Source: Aplysia californica (taxonomy: Eukaryota). From it: 64,000 bases of DNA. A model generated the notes under the pieces. That model did no database searches. It worked only from the letters and a program-made list of their open reading frames with translations, and was not told the origin of the DNA. A program made the position numbers and the translations under genes. Shown piece by piece: positions 25,281-36,469 of the stretch. Position 1 is the first letter of the stretch. Every line of letters begins with the position of its first letter. The stretch covers positions 318,691 to 382,690 of the forward strand of contig NW_004797289.1 of the NCBI RefSeq assembly GCF_000002075.1. Reading direction: 5' to 3'.

Positions 25281-27303
25281 AAAGAAGTAATAATAATAAT
25301 AATAATAAATAGCATTTGTATAGCACATACCCCCGCTCAACAGCAAGCTCTATGTGCTTTACACTATACTGGCCCCGCGGAAAATTGCATTTTTGAAATA
25401 GAAAAATTGCAAAAAATTGCAAGGTAAACTGCCTAAAAATTGCAAAAAATTGCAACCTTCCCATCCCAGGCGCATTAATACGGGCTTAACATTTTTTAAA
25501 AACATGACAATTTTGAGTACCGGTAGCATAAAAGCAGCACAGCCTTTTCAAAAATCATGACCCACAATACAAATTCATCAAATGTTATTAACAACATTTA
25601 CTAGTAACAACACACGAGTACGTTAACAATAAAGTTATCAACCAAATATAATATGATAACGCGTGACACAAAAAAACGGAATCCTCGGTTTTCTTAATAA
25701 CTTTTAAATGAAGGCATAAAATCTGACCAAATTTAGTACATACAGGGTACTTGGTTCATGCAAAAATCTAGAAGTGTATGAGGTTTAGTCTATAAAAAAC
25801 AAAAAAATTGACAAGGGATTATCGAAACAACCTCTAAATACAAAATAAGCTTATGCTCCAATCAAATCAGATCCTATTCTATTTTTCTCTTGAAACCTTT
25901 GATACACTCGTAATCTGTATTTAGATCTATTTCAGATATTTTCTGTTTTAAAACCGGCATGGTATTGTTTTAACACTAAGTCAAATCGTAAAATACAGCA
26001 AAGTTTTTATAACATTTATAAACAATAGTAATACATGTACTAATATAGATCTAGATCATTTCTGTAGCACCCATTCCCGTGTGAACGCAGCTTAAGGCGT
26101 TTTACATAACAGGGTGTTTACGTACACGGTACGCAGACACCTAGCCTCAGTGTCTACGTACACAGTAACCGGCAACCGGGCACGTAGTCTCAGTGTCACG
26201 TGCACGGTAACCGGGCAGTTAAGAATTTCAAGTTCAGTTTTTGTCATCCGGCGTTGCCTTCAGCTCCAGCCCTCCCCCGACTATACCTTTTTTTAAAAAA
26301 AATCGATAATTCCCCCATTCCGGAGCTCTATACTTCGTAGCGCACAGACTTTGAATGAACTTTGGTGACCCCAACCGGTACTCACAGTGTGATGCGAAAG
26401 CACAGGTTCACTGACCGGTAACGATGGCGAGCCCGACAAGACGCGTGTATAACTTTCTTTTTTTATTTTAACAAGTGACAGCACAGGACAAATATTGGTT
26501 TATTTTCATTCCGGTTACCGTGTACGTAGATACTGAGACTACGTGCCCGGTTACCGTGTATGTAGACACATGCATCATGTACGAACAATATTCACGCGCG
26601 CTCACACACTCACGTACACCTCACTGAGGCACACACCTACTTTCTTGTCACACGCGCACGCTTACACACATTAGATAAAGGCCTAGCCCAGAGAAGGCCA
26701 CCTTCTCGGCCTAGCCTATACCTCAGTTTATGTTGTACATGCATTCCGGCCTGAATTTCCGGTAAATAGCTTTTACGCTCAATGGGCTTGAGCTGGGTTG
26801 ATACCATGATTTACGTAGGCCTATCCGCTCTGTACTCGAACCATTTCGTATTAAAAATTCTGTTCAAATCAAAGCGTTGATGTATTTTTGCCTAAAATTA
26901 CAAGAAATTGCGAAAATTGCAAAAAATTGTGGGTTTATTGCGGAACTCGACGAAAAACGCGGCCGCAAGACCGCGATTTTCTGGGGGGCCAGACTATATT
27001 ATTACCCTAGCAGACCACAGAACTCTCAGAAACGTGCTCAGCTTCCCTGGGGAAAAAATGGTGAAATGGCGTAGGTTTAACAGCCCTATCAACACTATTA
27101 GGTTATTTAAGAGGGGGAACCTCAGAGTTTAACATCCATCTCAGAAAGGAACGACTCTGAATGAACCAAGCCAAAATGGGAAAGTCATGAAAAAGTGCCT
27201 TTCCCAAGGACACAATGGTGGACTGAGCTGAAGTTCGAACCCTGGAACCCACAATCTCACGACTGCGGATCTGGTAGCTTAACCACAAGGCTACCAATGT
27301 CAC
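25281..27303 (-). mobile_element. tRNA-SINE (A box TAGCCTTGTGG, B box GGTTCGAAC, L2-like tail) interrupted by a DNA transposon
   Basis: TSD TGTCCTTGTAA at 25270-25280 and 27304-27314; the two halves rejoin to resemble the 7533-7880 copy. Confidence 0.8.
25369..26992. mobile_element. Non-autonomous DNA transposon, 1624 bp, 20-bp imperfect TIRs, 6-bp TSD ACTATA
   Basis: Left CTGGCCCCGCGGAAAATTGC vs reverse-complemented right CTGGCCCCCCAGAAAATCGC; ACTATA at 25363-25368 and 26993-26998. Confidence 0.85.
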
Positions 27304-29025
27304 TGTCCTTGTAAGTTCAGCGAGGTAGGCAGATATCTTAAGAGCAATGCTAGTACAGCAACTATCAAAGAGATAGCGTCAGGTGCTCCATTGAGATCTT
27401 TTTTTAAACAATGTAATTGAAAAGGGTTTAACAAGAATCACATTGAAATAACAGAAGGAAAGAAAATGAATTCCCCATGCAAGAATGAAATGAAAAGAAC
27501 AAGGGAGTTCAAATGAAAAGAGGCAAGTGGAGAAAATAGCAATGTGAACTCCCCACTCTCTACAGGATAAAGTAATCAGCAGTAATTAACTCTTACACCC
27601 CACGCTGTCCATCATGACCCAGCCTTCATTGAAACAGGCATTGTAGACACAGTCCATGAAAGTGCTGATGCCGATTGGGGATCCTCTTCCCACTTTAAAA
27701 AACAAAATGAGACTTTTGGTACCATACCATGAAATACAAATTAAATTAATTTACTATCAATTAAAAAGTTCTGGTAAACATCTCTGTCCAGAGTTTGAGA
27801 TTCCTCTTATCTACTGAACAGCCTTCTCATGATGCGAAGACAGCCTTTTAATGGCGAAAGCAGCAATCATCGCAAAGAGGAGAATTTCCCCAAGACTCAA
27901 GCACCAAAGCAAAAACGTACACCTTCAAAATGAAACTTTGACGGAAATACTGACAAGGAGGTTGCAGTTGGAAACGACAAGAAAGACAGAAGAAGCAGGT
28001 GTTTCATTAGGTGTGTGCTTGTGAGCCAAATGTATGCATCTGCGCCCACGTGTATACATGTCCATAGGCATCTTAATATAAGACAATGTTGGACACGATG
28101 ACTTAGCACAAAAATGGCCACATTGTACTAAAAACAGACTAGGGTCTTAGTCAAAACATTTTTAAAAAGTCAAAGCAAAAGCTTTGGGTTCTGCTCTGAA
28201 AAATTTTATCTGCGAATAGATGAGCACTCGTTTCTAATGCCTGCAAATAACTAGCGAATTAACAAATCACTTGCTGTATCGGACTTTGTGCAGGCTGAGT
28301 TGATCAGTACACAGCAAAGATTCATTATTCACTGCTCAAGCACGACGCTGCTTGTTTGTGACACCATGAGCCAGCGACGCTTATCTTTCCTTACTCATTT
28401 ATGACGTAAGTCACAATGTCAATGCAGTCCCGCCAGAGCCTCGCACATCCATTGTCAAGAAATAATGCACATTTCAAGCAAATACTGATTCTACCACCTT
28501 GGCGTCCAATGTCCGCAACCCATTTCTCGATTCTGTAATGAATCAGTAAGCCTAGATCTAGGTACACTGAGAAATAGTTCCAACACTATGATATATAGCT
28601 ATTCCATCTTTAGGTCTAGCCTGTCATGCAGCCACTTCTTGTCTACGAATTTCTATCCCAGTCCGCTCATTTTTTGACTGCACTCTCTGTGCTTGCATGT
28701 AACGAATCAGTAGCGAGCGCTTACTACACCACTGCAAAGCAGACCATACTAAAGCACCCACCATTTTGTATCACAAGAGGGGAGTAAAAATGCCAGCAGG
28801 TGAGGAACCAAACATGCCCAGAAGAGAACAGTGATGTTGAAGAACAGAACCACAGACTCCCATGTCATGCCAAGATGAGGAGTAGAATTGAGACTGGTCA
28901 CCGGGTCCTCCGCGGGAGCTAAAAAGCCCACATGATAACTGAGAAAGTGCATGACTTACGACATGTTTCTAGAGCCTTTGATTTGGCCAAAGGCTTTCTT
29001 CAAGCGAAACTCTGAGGTTACTAAC

Positions 29026-29106
29026 CAATCAGGGCGATTCTCTTGGTGGTGAACCACGTGCAGTGTGCGCTTAGATGTGCCACCCTCCAGGGAGAACCGG
29101 TTGCTC
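29026..29106 (-). CDS. VPS13D: VPS13D exon (SNRFSLEGGTSKRTLHVVHHQENRPD)
   Basis: tttgcag| ... |gttag, 81 nt, phase 2. Confidence 0.9.
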
Positions 29107-29492
29107 CTGCAAAGGAGGAAAAAAAGAAAACTCATTTGATCAGCAGCAATTCATCCCTCCATTAATGCAAAACAGCTAAGAAAAGATATTTTTTCCTCTT
29201 ATTATTATTTGCCATCACATGCACCAATACTTTTCTTCAAAAACCTCTACATTCTTTAGTCTAATGCAGTTTTGTCCCTTTCAGCCCCTGCCATTTGTGA
29301 GTAAGCACTGAACAGACTCAGTATAAAAGATGATATGAATTGAGAACTGTTCTGCTTTCCAGAATGACACCCATATGTCCAGAAGAGAACCTTTTTTTTA
29401 AGAAACTGTCTGTATAACAACACCCCCCCCCCCTCCCCGTTTACATTGGCATGCCACAAACAGACAGATTAAGGAATCAATAACCCTATTAC

Positions 29493-29546
29493 CATTGAGG
29501 TCGTCCTTCCAACCTATGAACAGCATTTCCCACTCGCATCTGACAC
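29493..29546 (-). CDS. VPS13D: VPS13D small exon (CQMRVGNAVHRLEGRPQW)
   Basis: ttctcag| ... |gtaat, 54 nt, phase 2. Confidence 0.88.
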
Positions 29547-30463
29547 CTGAGAAAAGAAAAGAAAAAAGCTCTTTGAGAACACAGCACATCAACTGACGTC
29601 AAACATGGCACTTTTTTCCACAATATTGGCTCTGGAACACACTAAAACCATACATATTAACTTTTCGTTCATTTCACAAAAGCACATCCAGGTGTTGAAA
29701 TCTACAAAAATTTCATTTCACTTCTTCTTTTCTTCTTCACCACACCAGAGACCATGCCAACCACCTGCTCTTTCCGCTTTGTTGTGTTGTTCATCTGTTG
29801 TAGTTGATGAAGACCGGGAAATAATGTAGGGAGGTGCAGATATGTGTGTTTAACACCTTTCCACTCCACTAAGTTCACAACAACAGCATAAACACTCACA
29901 AGTTCAAACTCTTCAGCCTCGGAAAAACTGAGCAACGGAGTCAACACTCACAATTTCAATACCATTCCACTCCACTTACACAATTGGTCCATTTTATGGA
30001 CAAGCGGGCTAACCCAGGTTTCGGGGATTTCCAGAAATCTTGACCTACATCAAAAATGCGCATTGCCCTACCTATAGGAGAAGTCTGGTTTCCTTGGTGG
30101 GTATATTTGTTTGGTTATAGAGAAAACTCTCATTGTCTTTTGAAAAAACTGAACAAGGATTCAGAAACTTTACCTTCGATTTCTCAAAACAGCATTTTTC
30201 GGGACAGCCCCCTTGTGCTTAAAAGCAACCAATTACAATTAATAACAACAACAACACCTACACTCACAATTTCAGCTTGTACACTCAACTAAAACAGGCA
30301 ACAACAATGTCTACACTCATAAATTTTCACTCTTCAGGTTCGGAGAAACTGAATAACAGTATCAAAACTCACAAGTTCGATAACTTTCGGCTCCACTTAC
30401 GAAACAATAACAACTTTTCCAAACACAAGTTTAACAAACAGCCACAACAATGTCTCCACTCAC

Positions 30464-30630
30464 AAGTTCAACTCTTCAGCCTCGGAGAAACTAAACAACA
30501 GCGGCGTGACACTACGGGCCTGCTCGTGCTCCTCAAACTGGCCGGCAGCTGTGACCTTTGACCCATCCTGTCTGAAGACCAGGGGCAGACCCGACTTGTT
30601 GACCAGCCAAAACTGCGCTGCGATGGTCAG
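30464..30630 (-). CDS. VPS13D: VPS13D exon (LTIAAQFWLVNKSGLPLVFRQ..AGQFEEHEQARSVTPLLFSF..)
   Basis: cttag| ... |gtgagt, phase 0 to 2. Confidence 0.94.
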
Positions 30631-30712
30631 CTAAGCAGGGAAAAGAGGAACAAAATTCAATAAGGATAAAGACATGAGTACCAGTAGAGAATTGTTTGTT
30701 TTAGTAGGAGTT

Positions 30713-31088
30713 CTTTTGGTTTGTTTTTTTAGTAGAGGTTTTACGGCGCTCGTAACTGCATAAGGTCATATGAGCGCCAGAAGATAAGAGGTGTTACAAG
30801 AGAGTAAAAAAAAAAAAAAAAAAGAAGGGGAGATAAGGACGATAGGTGTTCGATAGGAAAGAAGGAGCAAACCACACCACAGCACCCGCAAACCACACCA
30901 GAGCACCCGCCAACCACCCACTAGTAGGAGTTTTACGGCACTTGCAATACAATAAGGTTATATAAGTGCTGAAGATTAGAGGTGTTACAAGAGAGTAACA
31001 AACATAAAAAAAGAGGGGAGGTAAGAACAATAGATGTTTGATTGGAAAGAAGGAACAAACCACACCAGAGCACCCACCAACCACCCAC
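30713..31088 (-). mobile_element. Retroposon A (30713-30921) inserted in the tail of retroposon B (30922-31088)
   Basis: TSD TAGTAGGAGTT at 30702-30712 and 30922-30932. Confidence 0.85.
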
Positions 31089-31988
31089 CATGTAGAGAAG
31101 AACCCCTCACATCTTCGTAAATTACGACAATCACAACCCCCCTTATTTCCAGTTTCTGTAAGTCATAGCTGCAACCCCACTGTGACCTCAGTTTTTCTGG
31201 ACTAGGTCAAGCAGTTCAAAATAGAGGGCTATACTTTACTTTTACTGATAACACATAGTGCAGTTCTTTGCTGCTTCTTCTTTTTCTCTTTCACACTTCA
31301 ACTCAAGGGCAGTTCAAGTTGGGGTATTCATCCAACAAATCAACAGATTGTTATATATAACTTTACATATCGTGGAGGTCATCTAAAAATTATGCAACTC
31401 AAATATTTGTTGCTCACCTAATAAAGCAGGTTCAAACGGAGATCACTCATTCTTCTTGTTATAATGACCAATTACAACACTACAACAGCCAAGTCCAGTT
31501 TTTTAAAGCTACTATCAAGCATATATAACCTCAGTATGCGGTGGTGTAAATCAAATCATCCACCAGCCATGAGAAAGCTCCGACCCACATGCCCTGCAGG
31601 CTCATGAGGCCAGAACTGAAAGAATTCAGTTTGGACAAGTCTCCTCTGTTCCTCTTTATCATCCACCCCATGCCAGTATTTTCATTCACAGATCTATTTT
31701 TGTTTAGTAATCCTACCTCCAACTTTCTTCAGAAACCAGAACAAATGGACAGCAAACCAGAAAACAAGTCAGTGAAAGAATTGGATGACTTCCCTTTCAG
31801 CAAAACAAATACAACGTCATCACATGCAAAGACTGCAGGGGAAAGAAAGGCACAATCACACAATGGTAATTTTGACAAATCTCATATTTCACATTTGGAA
31901 CCTCTTAAAGAAGGATACACAATTTTCTGTGTTCATTTTTACAAGTACCCCACCGCTTTTTTCCTTTTAAAATATCATGTCATGTTAA

Positions 31989-32148
31989 CACTGTGTAGTG
32001 ACACAGCAAGCGGTACAAAATACCCCATCTTGTCAACCAGCCAGGAGAGAGACTGCAACGGACTTCTCCGTCTGGCGCAGAACTGCGCCAGTTGACCAGA
32101 ACGTATAATTTTCACAGGCGCATTATTGCACCGAGTGACCACAAAGTG
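31989..32148. mobile_element. 160-bp TTAA-flanked MITE (piggyBac-like); inverted second copy ~44941-45098
   Basis: TTAA-CACTGTGTAGTGAC ... GTGACCACAAAGTG-TTAA. Confidence 0.85.
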
Positions 32149-32300
32149 TTAAACTGTAGAGTTAGGAAGCAGCCCTTTGCGAGCATAACTCAATATCATG
32201 AAAGCTGTGTAGTGGCTTATTTTTAAAACATATTCTTCATATCCAAAGCCTGAATGCCAACAGATGAAACAGTAAAATCAACCACCTCCACCAGTCTCAC

Positions 32301-32480
32301 CTTCATAGATCCCCCTTTGACCAGGCGTATCTTGACCACCAGCTTGAGCATGCGCTTATTGTTATCGTAGATACGCAGGAGAACTTTCTGGTTGCTGCTG
32401 TTGGGCGGGATGCTCAGCTCCTTACAGCTCTGGAAATTCTCCAGGTGAATACCCAGCTCCAGGTTCTGGGACACATCCAC
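32301..32480 (-). CDS. VPS13D: VPS13D exon (VDVSQNLELGIHLENF..GGSMK)
   Basis: ccccag| ... |gtgag, 180 nt. Confidence 0.92.
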
Positions 32481-33089
32481 CTGGGGGAGGGGTGGAGTGC
32501 GTTGCATGAGATGAACAGAAAGGGGAATGTGGGGGAGAGAGGAATGCAGTGTGGAAGAAAACGAGGGAAAGGAGCCAAAATGAAGGAAGAGACAGATGGG
32601 ACTGTCAAAATAGAAAAGGTACCATGGAGTAACAAGAGGCAATGATATTAGGTAAAAACCTTTTTCATTTTAAAGTCTTAGGTACAAGTAGAAATATAAA
32701 AAGGAAAAAGAGCTGCGGTAAGCAAAGAGTTTAGTCCTGTAGGGGGATCATATGGCTTACTAAAAGTACCAAGAAAAGATAAAACAGTCCACTTAGCCCT
32801 TGGTGGTCAGATCTATTCTGTTTTCTTCGGTAAGATCAAGGTCGAAAACAATTATATCAGAGCATCAATCAGTTCCCAAAGCAAGAAAAAAAATGCAAAA
32901 GTAAAGACTAACCTTCTGCTTGTTTTCCCATCATGACAACCAAGGCCTGCTGATTCCTGTCCCTGTGAAATGTTATTGCTACCCAGTCAAGGCTCTAGGT
33001 GACCCTAGATGTTACACATAAGGATAAGCAGTTCAAAATAGAGAGGGGGAGGGGGCAAAACTTTACTTTTACAAACAGACAAGTCTTAC

Positions 33090-33312
33090 CCCATGAAGAA
33101 AAGCCTCTTTGCCAGCCTTGAGGTTCCCAGAAGCCCCGGTGCCACGGAGGTAGTAGTGCAGCTCTAGAGGCAACAGGTTACACACGGTGATGGGCGGTAG
33201 GAGGGTGAGGACGTGACCGGGAAGCGTCGGGTGAATCACTCCGTAGCCCTGGTACTGGGACGATGACATCACTTCTTCCGGAAACTTTAGGCGAGTCACG
33301 CACACAAAGAAC
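33090..33312 (-). CDS. VPS13D: VPS13D exon (FFVCVTRLKFP..PGHVLTLLPPITVCNLLPLEL..)
   Basis: aaacag| ... |gtaag, phase 2 to 0; NLLP motif. Confidence 0.92.
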
Positions 33313-33345
33313 CTGTTTGTTTGAATTTGTTTGCGTAATAAGCGC

Positions 33346-33520
33346 TTTTGTTTTTGTAAGCGTTATACGGCACTTGCAACACAATAAGGTCATAAAAGTG
33401 CCGAAGATTAGAGGGGTTACAAGAGTGTAACAAACACAAAAAAGGAGGGGAGATAAGAACGATAGATGTTTGATAAGAAAGAAGGAGCAAATCACACCAG
33501 AGCACCCGCCAACGACCCAC
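33346..33520 (-). mobile_element. ~175-bp retroposon, subfamily B
   Basis: consensus match. Confidence 0.88.
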
Positions 33521-33635
33521 TGTTTGAGTACAGAGTAGCACATTGACACAGTAACAGTCAATAAGTGGAAAAAATTCAGACAAATAGTCATAAATGAGAG
33601 AGGGAAAGAAAAGAAGAAAAGTTTGACTTACTAGT

Positions 33636-33818
33636 TAGTTTTAGTTTTAGTAGAGGTTTTACGGCACTCGCAACTGCATAAGGTCATATGAGCGCCAGAA
33701 GATTAGAGGTGTTACAAGAGAGTAACAAACATAAAAAAGAAGGAGGGGAGATAAGGACAATAGATGTTTGATAGGAAAGAAGAAGCAAACCACACCAGAG
33801 CACCCACCAACCACCCAC
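33636..33818 (-). mobile_element. ~175-bp retroposon, subfamily A, full length
   Basis: 13-bp TSD TTGACTTACTAGT at 33623-33635 and 33819-33831. Confidence 0.92.
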
Positions 33819-33987
33819 TTGACTTACTAGTGGTGTCCTTTAACCAGACCACAAAGAATCTGTTAAACACAAATACAAAACAGGTGATTTGTTCTTAATA
33901 TTACTTTTCCTCTGTTTATATAATTTAGAAAAAATAGGTACAAGTTATCAGTAACTGAATAAATTGGGTAAAACATGACATGGGCTG

Positions 33988-36193
33988 CACGGCGGGTTTG
34001 GAGCGCCCATTTAGTTTCGGCTGGCGCGAGGCAAGCAAGCCCGCGCTTCCCCAGGTCACGGGGTCATTTACCTGCGCCACCGGGGATTTCCCTTATCAGC
34101 CAAACACCGGCAGCGCTCTTGTATTTTTTGCAAAGTTTACCAACACAGTGAGCCAAAGCTAATGTAAGATGAACATTTTAATTAAGACAACGTAAATATT
34201 CAACATATTAAGGAAGAAATGAAGAAAATCGGAAGCCCATGGTACATTACACTTAAAAGCTGTGAAGTTCTCAAAAAGGGGACTTAATTTGATAAATGTG
34301 TCATGGGTAATCAATTATAAACTTCAATTTAAATGTGATTGCCCCCAACGAATTCAATCAAATTTGCACACAGGACTGAGAACATAATGGAAATTTGTAC
34401 TCACAAAGGGGCATATACAAGAAGCTTCTGGATCCGTAATTATTCAGGTTTGAAGTAGATTTTTTGCAATACTCTTGCTTTGCGACCTTGATCTTTCATA
34501 GCGATATCCACGGTACATGTAACTACAGTACAGATCTTTCCTTGCCGATACACTTATGAAAACACAACCTAAACACAAAATACAAAAAGAACACAATATT
34601 GCGGGACTGGAGGACGCTGTAAGCTTTCGTCTTTTGATGGGTGGTGCACACGACAGAGTAGCTTAAGGTGGGTTTGGACGTGTTGTGACTGCATGATTGT
34701 TTTGACGTGTTTTTGTTTGTCTTTTATTGCTGCTACTCGTTTTTCCAGCTTGGCCACGGTTGCATGAATGAGCTCAGCCCCTTGCTCACCATGGAAGGCC
34801 ATTCCAAATCCATATTTTTGTATCCAAGGGATGCAGTGTTTCTCAAGGATGTGTTGTGATGTAGCACATGTTTTACGGCACTATCCACTCAAGACCTTTT
34901 ATTTGCCAAATATGTTTCTGTATAAAGACATATATCGTGTGATGCATGACTGAATATGTGGCATTCTCTCTATAGTGATTGGCTTTCCATGTGCTATTAT
35001 TGTGTGGATATCTTTGAAGGTGACTTTTACTTGAACAAATTTCTCTCTCAGAACAATTAATGCAGTGTCTATTATGCTTTGATTTCGTGTACATGCAACT
35101 GTTCTTTTTGTTAAAAATGATGTTAGCTGTCTGTACACATGGGCTGTGATTTATTTTTGGCAGTGGTTTCCTATAAATGAACGGCTGTGGTAGGCCTGTG
35201 GTGTGACGTGTTGTTTGAGGATGTTATCAAATTCAGAGCAGGCAGGACTTGACCTTGGAATAAGCTCCTCAAACTCTTAACTCTGACAGCTGATCATGTA
35301 CACTAGAACCCTCCCTCTCAAATCTCTCTGCTTCTCGTGGATTATCTGACAAAACCTGACAGCCCTGTAACAATTGAATGTCCCCCTCGTTTTTTTCAGC
35401 CCTCTTTCATTTTTTGCCGTAGATATGCACATTTTGTCCTATTCCAGGCCTGCAATTCTCCATAGATTGATGGACCAGCTGTACATCTATATCATGTGCA
35501 GCCTCCTCAAGAAGGCCATGATGTTTGAGCACAATGCCCACCATATGATCATGTTGTGTGGCATTCCATGACAAAAATATTGTTAAAAATGACAACGAAA
35601 ATCAGATGTAGCAGAGGCAAGAAAACTAAAAACAGTAAGGATGAATGTTCAGAGTGGTGGGTTGGGGTTTTTTTTTAATCACCGAAAATCATAGAATAAC
35701 TTAGTGCACTTGAAACTTGCACATGTAAATGAAAATTGTCACCACAGTTGATACATAAATTTCTGTTTAAATCGTTGGGGGCCGGATTGAAATATTTAAA
35801 TTCAAACTGAAAAAGTTCTGAGCATTGAAGATGCCAGTTTGAAAATCACAGACTTACTTAAATCCCTTGTAAAACTGATATAATCGGACTTGCAAGAAAA
35901 CAAGTTATATCGGCTTACAGGTCAAACATAGCACGTTACAATGAAATCTCAATCGGCCTTGTAGCATTTATAGTTTCAGAGTTAGGAGGCTTTCAATTCG
36001 CACTAAAACGCCATATTTACTACTGCCCCGGCACAGGAGGAGTGGCGCTGCGGTCACCCCAATTAACCCCTCTGACAAGTGATTTATGATTACTGGGCTG
36101 TCGGGCGGGGCGGGCAGGGTGGTGAGGATGGTCGGGGAGGAACCGGGGAAGAAAAACTAAGTGAGCGGTCTGGATGGTATTTTATCCGCTGTG
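33988..36193 (-). mobile_element. Chapaev/Transib-type (CMC, RAG1-related) DNA transposon relic, 2206 bp
   Basis: Termini CACGGCGG.. and ..CCGCTGTG; 4-bp TSD GCTG (33984-33987, 36194-36197); internal transposase remnants. Confidence 0.8.
34600..35570 (-). pseudogene. Degenerate Chapaev/Transib/RAG1-like transposase, C-terminal part
   Basis: Minus-strand fragments HMVGIVLKHHGLLEEAAHDID; PQAYHSRSFIGNHCQK*; QHILEKHCIPWIQKYGFGMAFHGEQGAELIH (H-x4-H followed by catalytic-E region); stops and frameshifts. Confidence 0.75.
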
Positions 36194-36234
36194 GCTGACT
36201 AAGGGTCAGGAAACAAAAAAAATATTTACTGTAC

Positions 36235-36442
36235 CTGTAGGTGCCATCGCCTGGACCTATCACGTCACAGCAGCGAATGCCGTCGGGCTTCTCCCCAGGC
36301 CGCCTCACATGCTGCCAGTCCAGGGGTTTGCTGCAGAAGTGGACTGGCCAGTCCACAGGACGTACTCGCATGCGCATGTGTACGCAAGACAGGGGGACGG
36401 GCAGGGCGCTGCCCACAGGGACCTTCATGCACTGGTAGTGGC
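36235..36442 (-). CDS. VPS13D: VPS13D exon (HYQCMKVPVGSALPVPL..GDGTYR)
   Basis: ctccag| ... |gtaca, phase 1 to 2. Confidence 0.9.
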
Positions 36443-36469
36443 CTGGAGGGGGACATATGGAGTAGGTAT

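Noticed and set aside
31589-32095. 168-aa plus-strand ORF as a nested gene
   Set aside because: No recognisable motifs, and its 3' part is read through a TTAA MITE.
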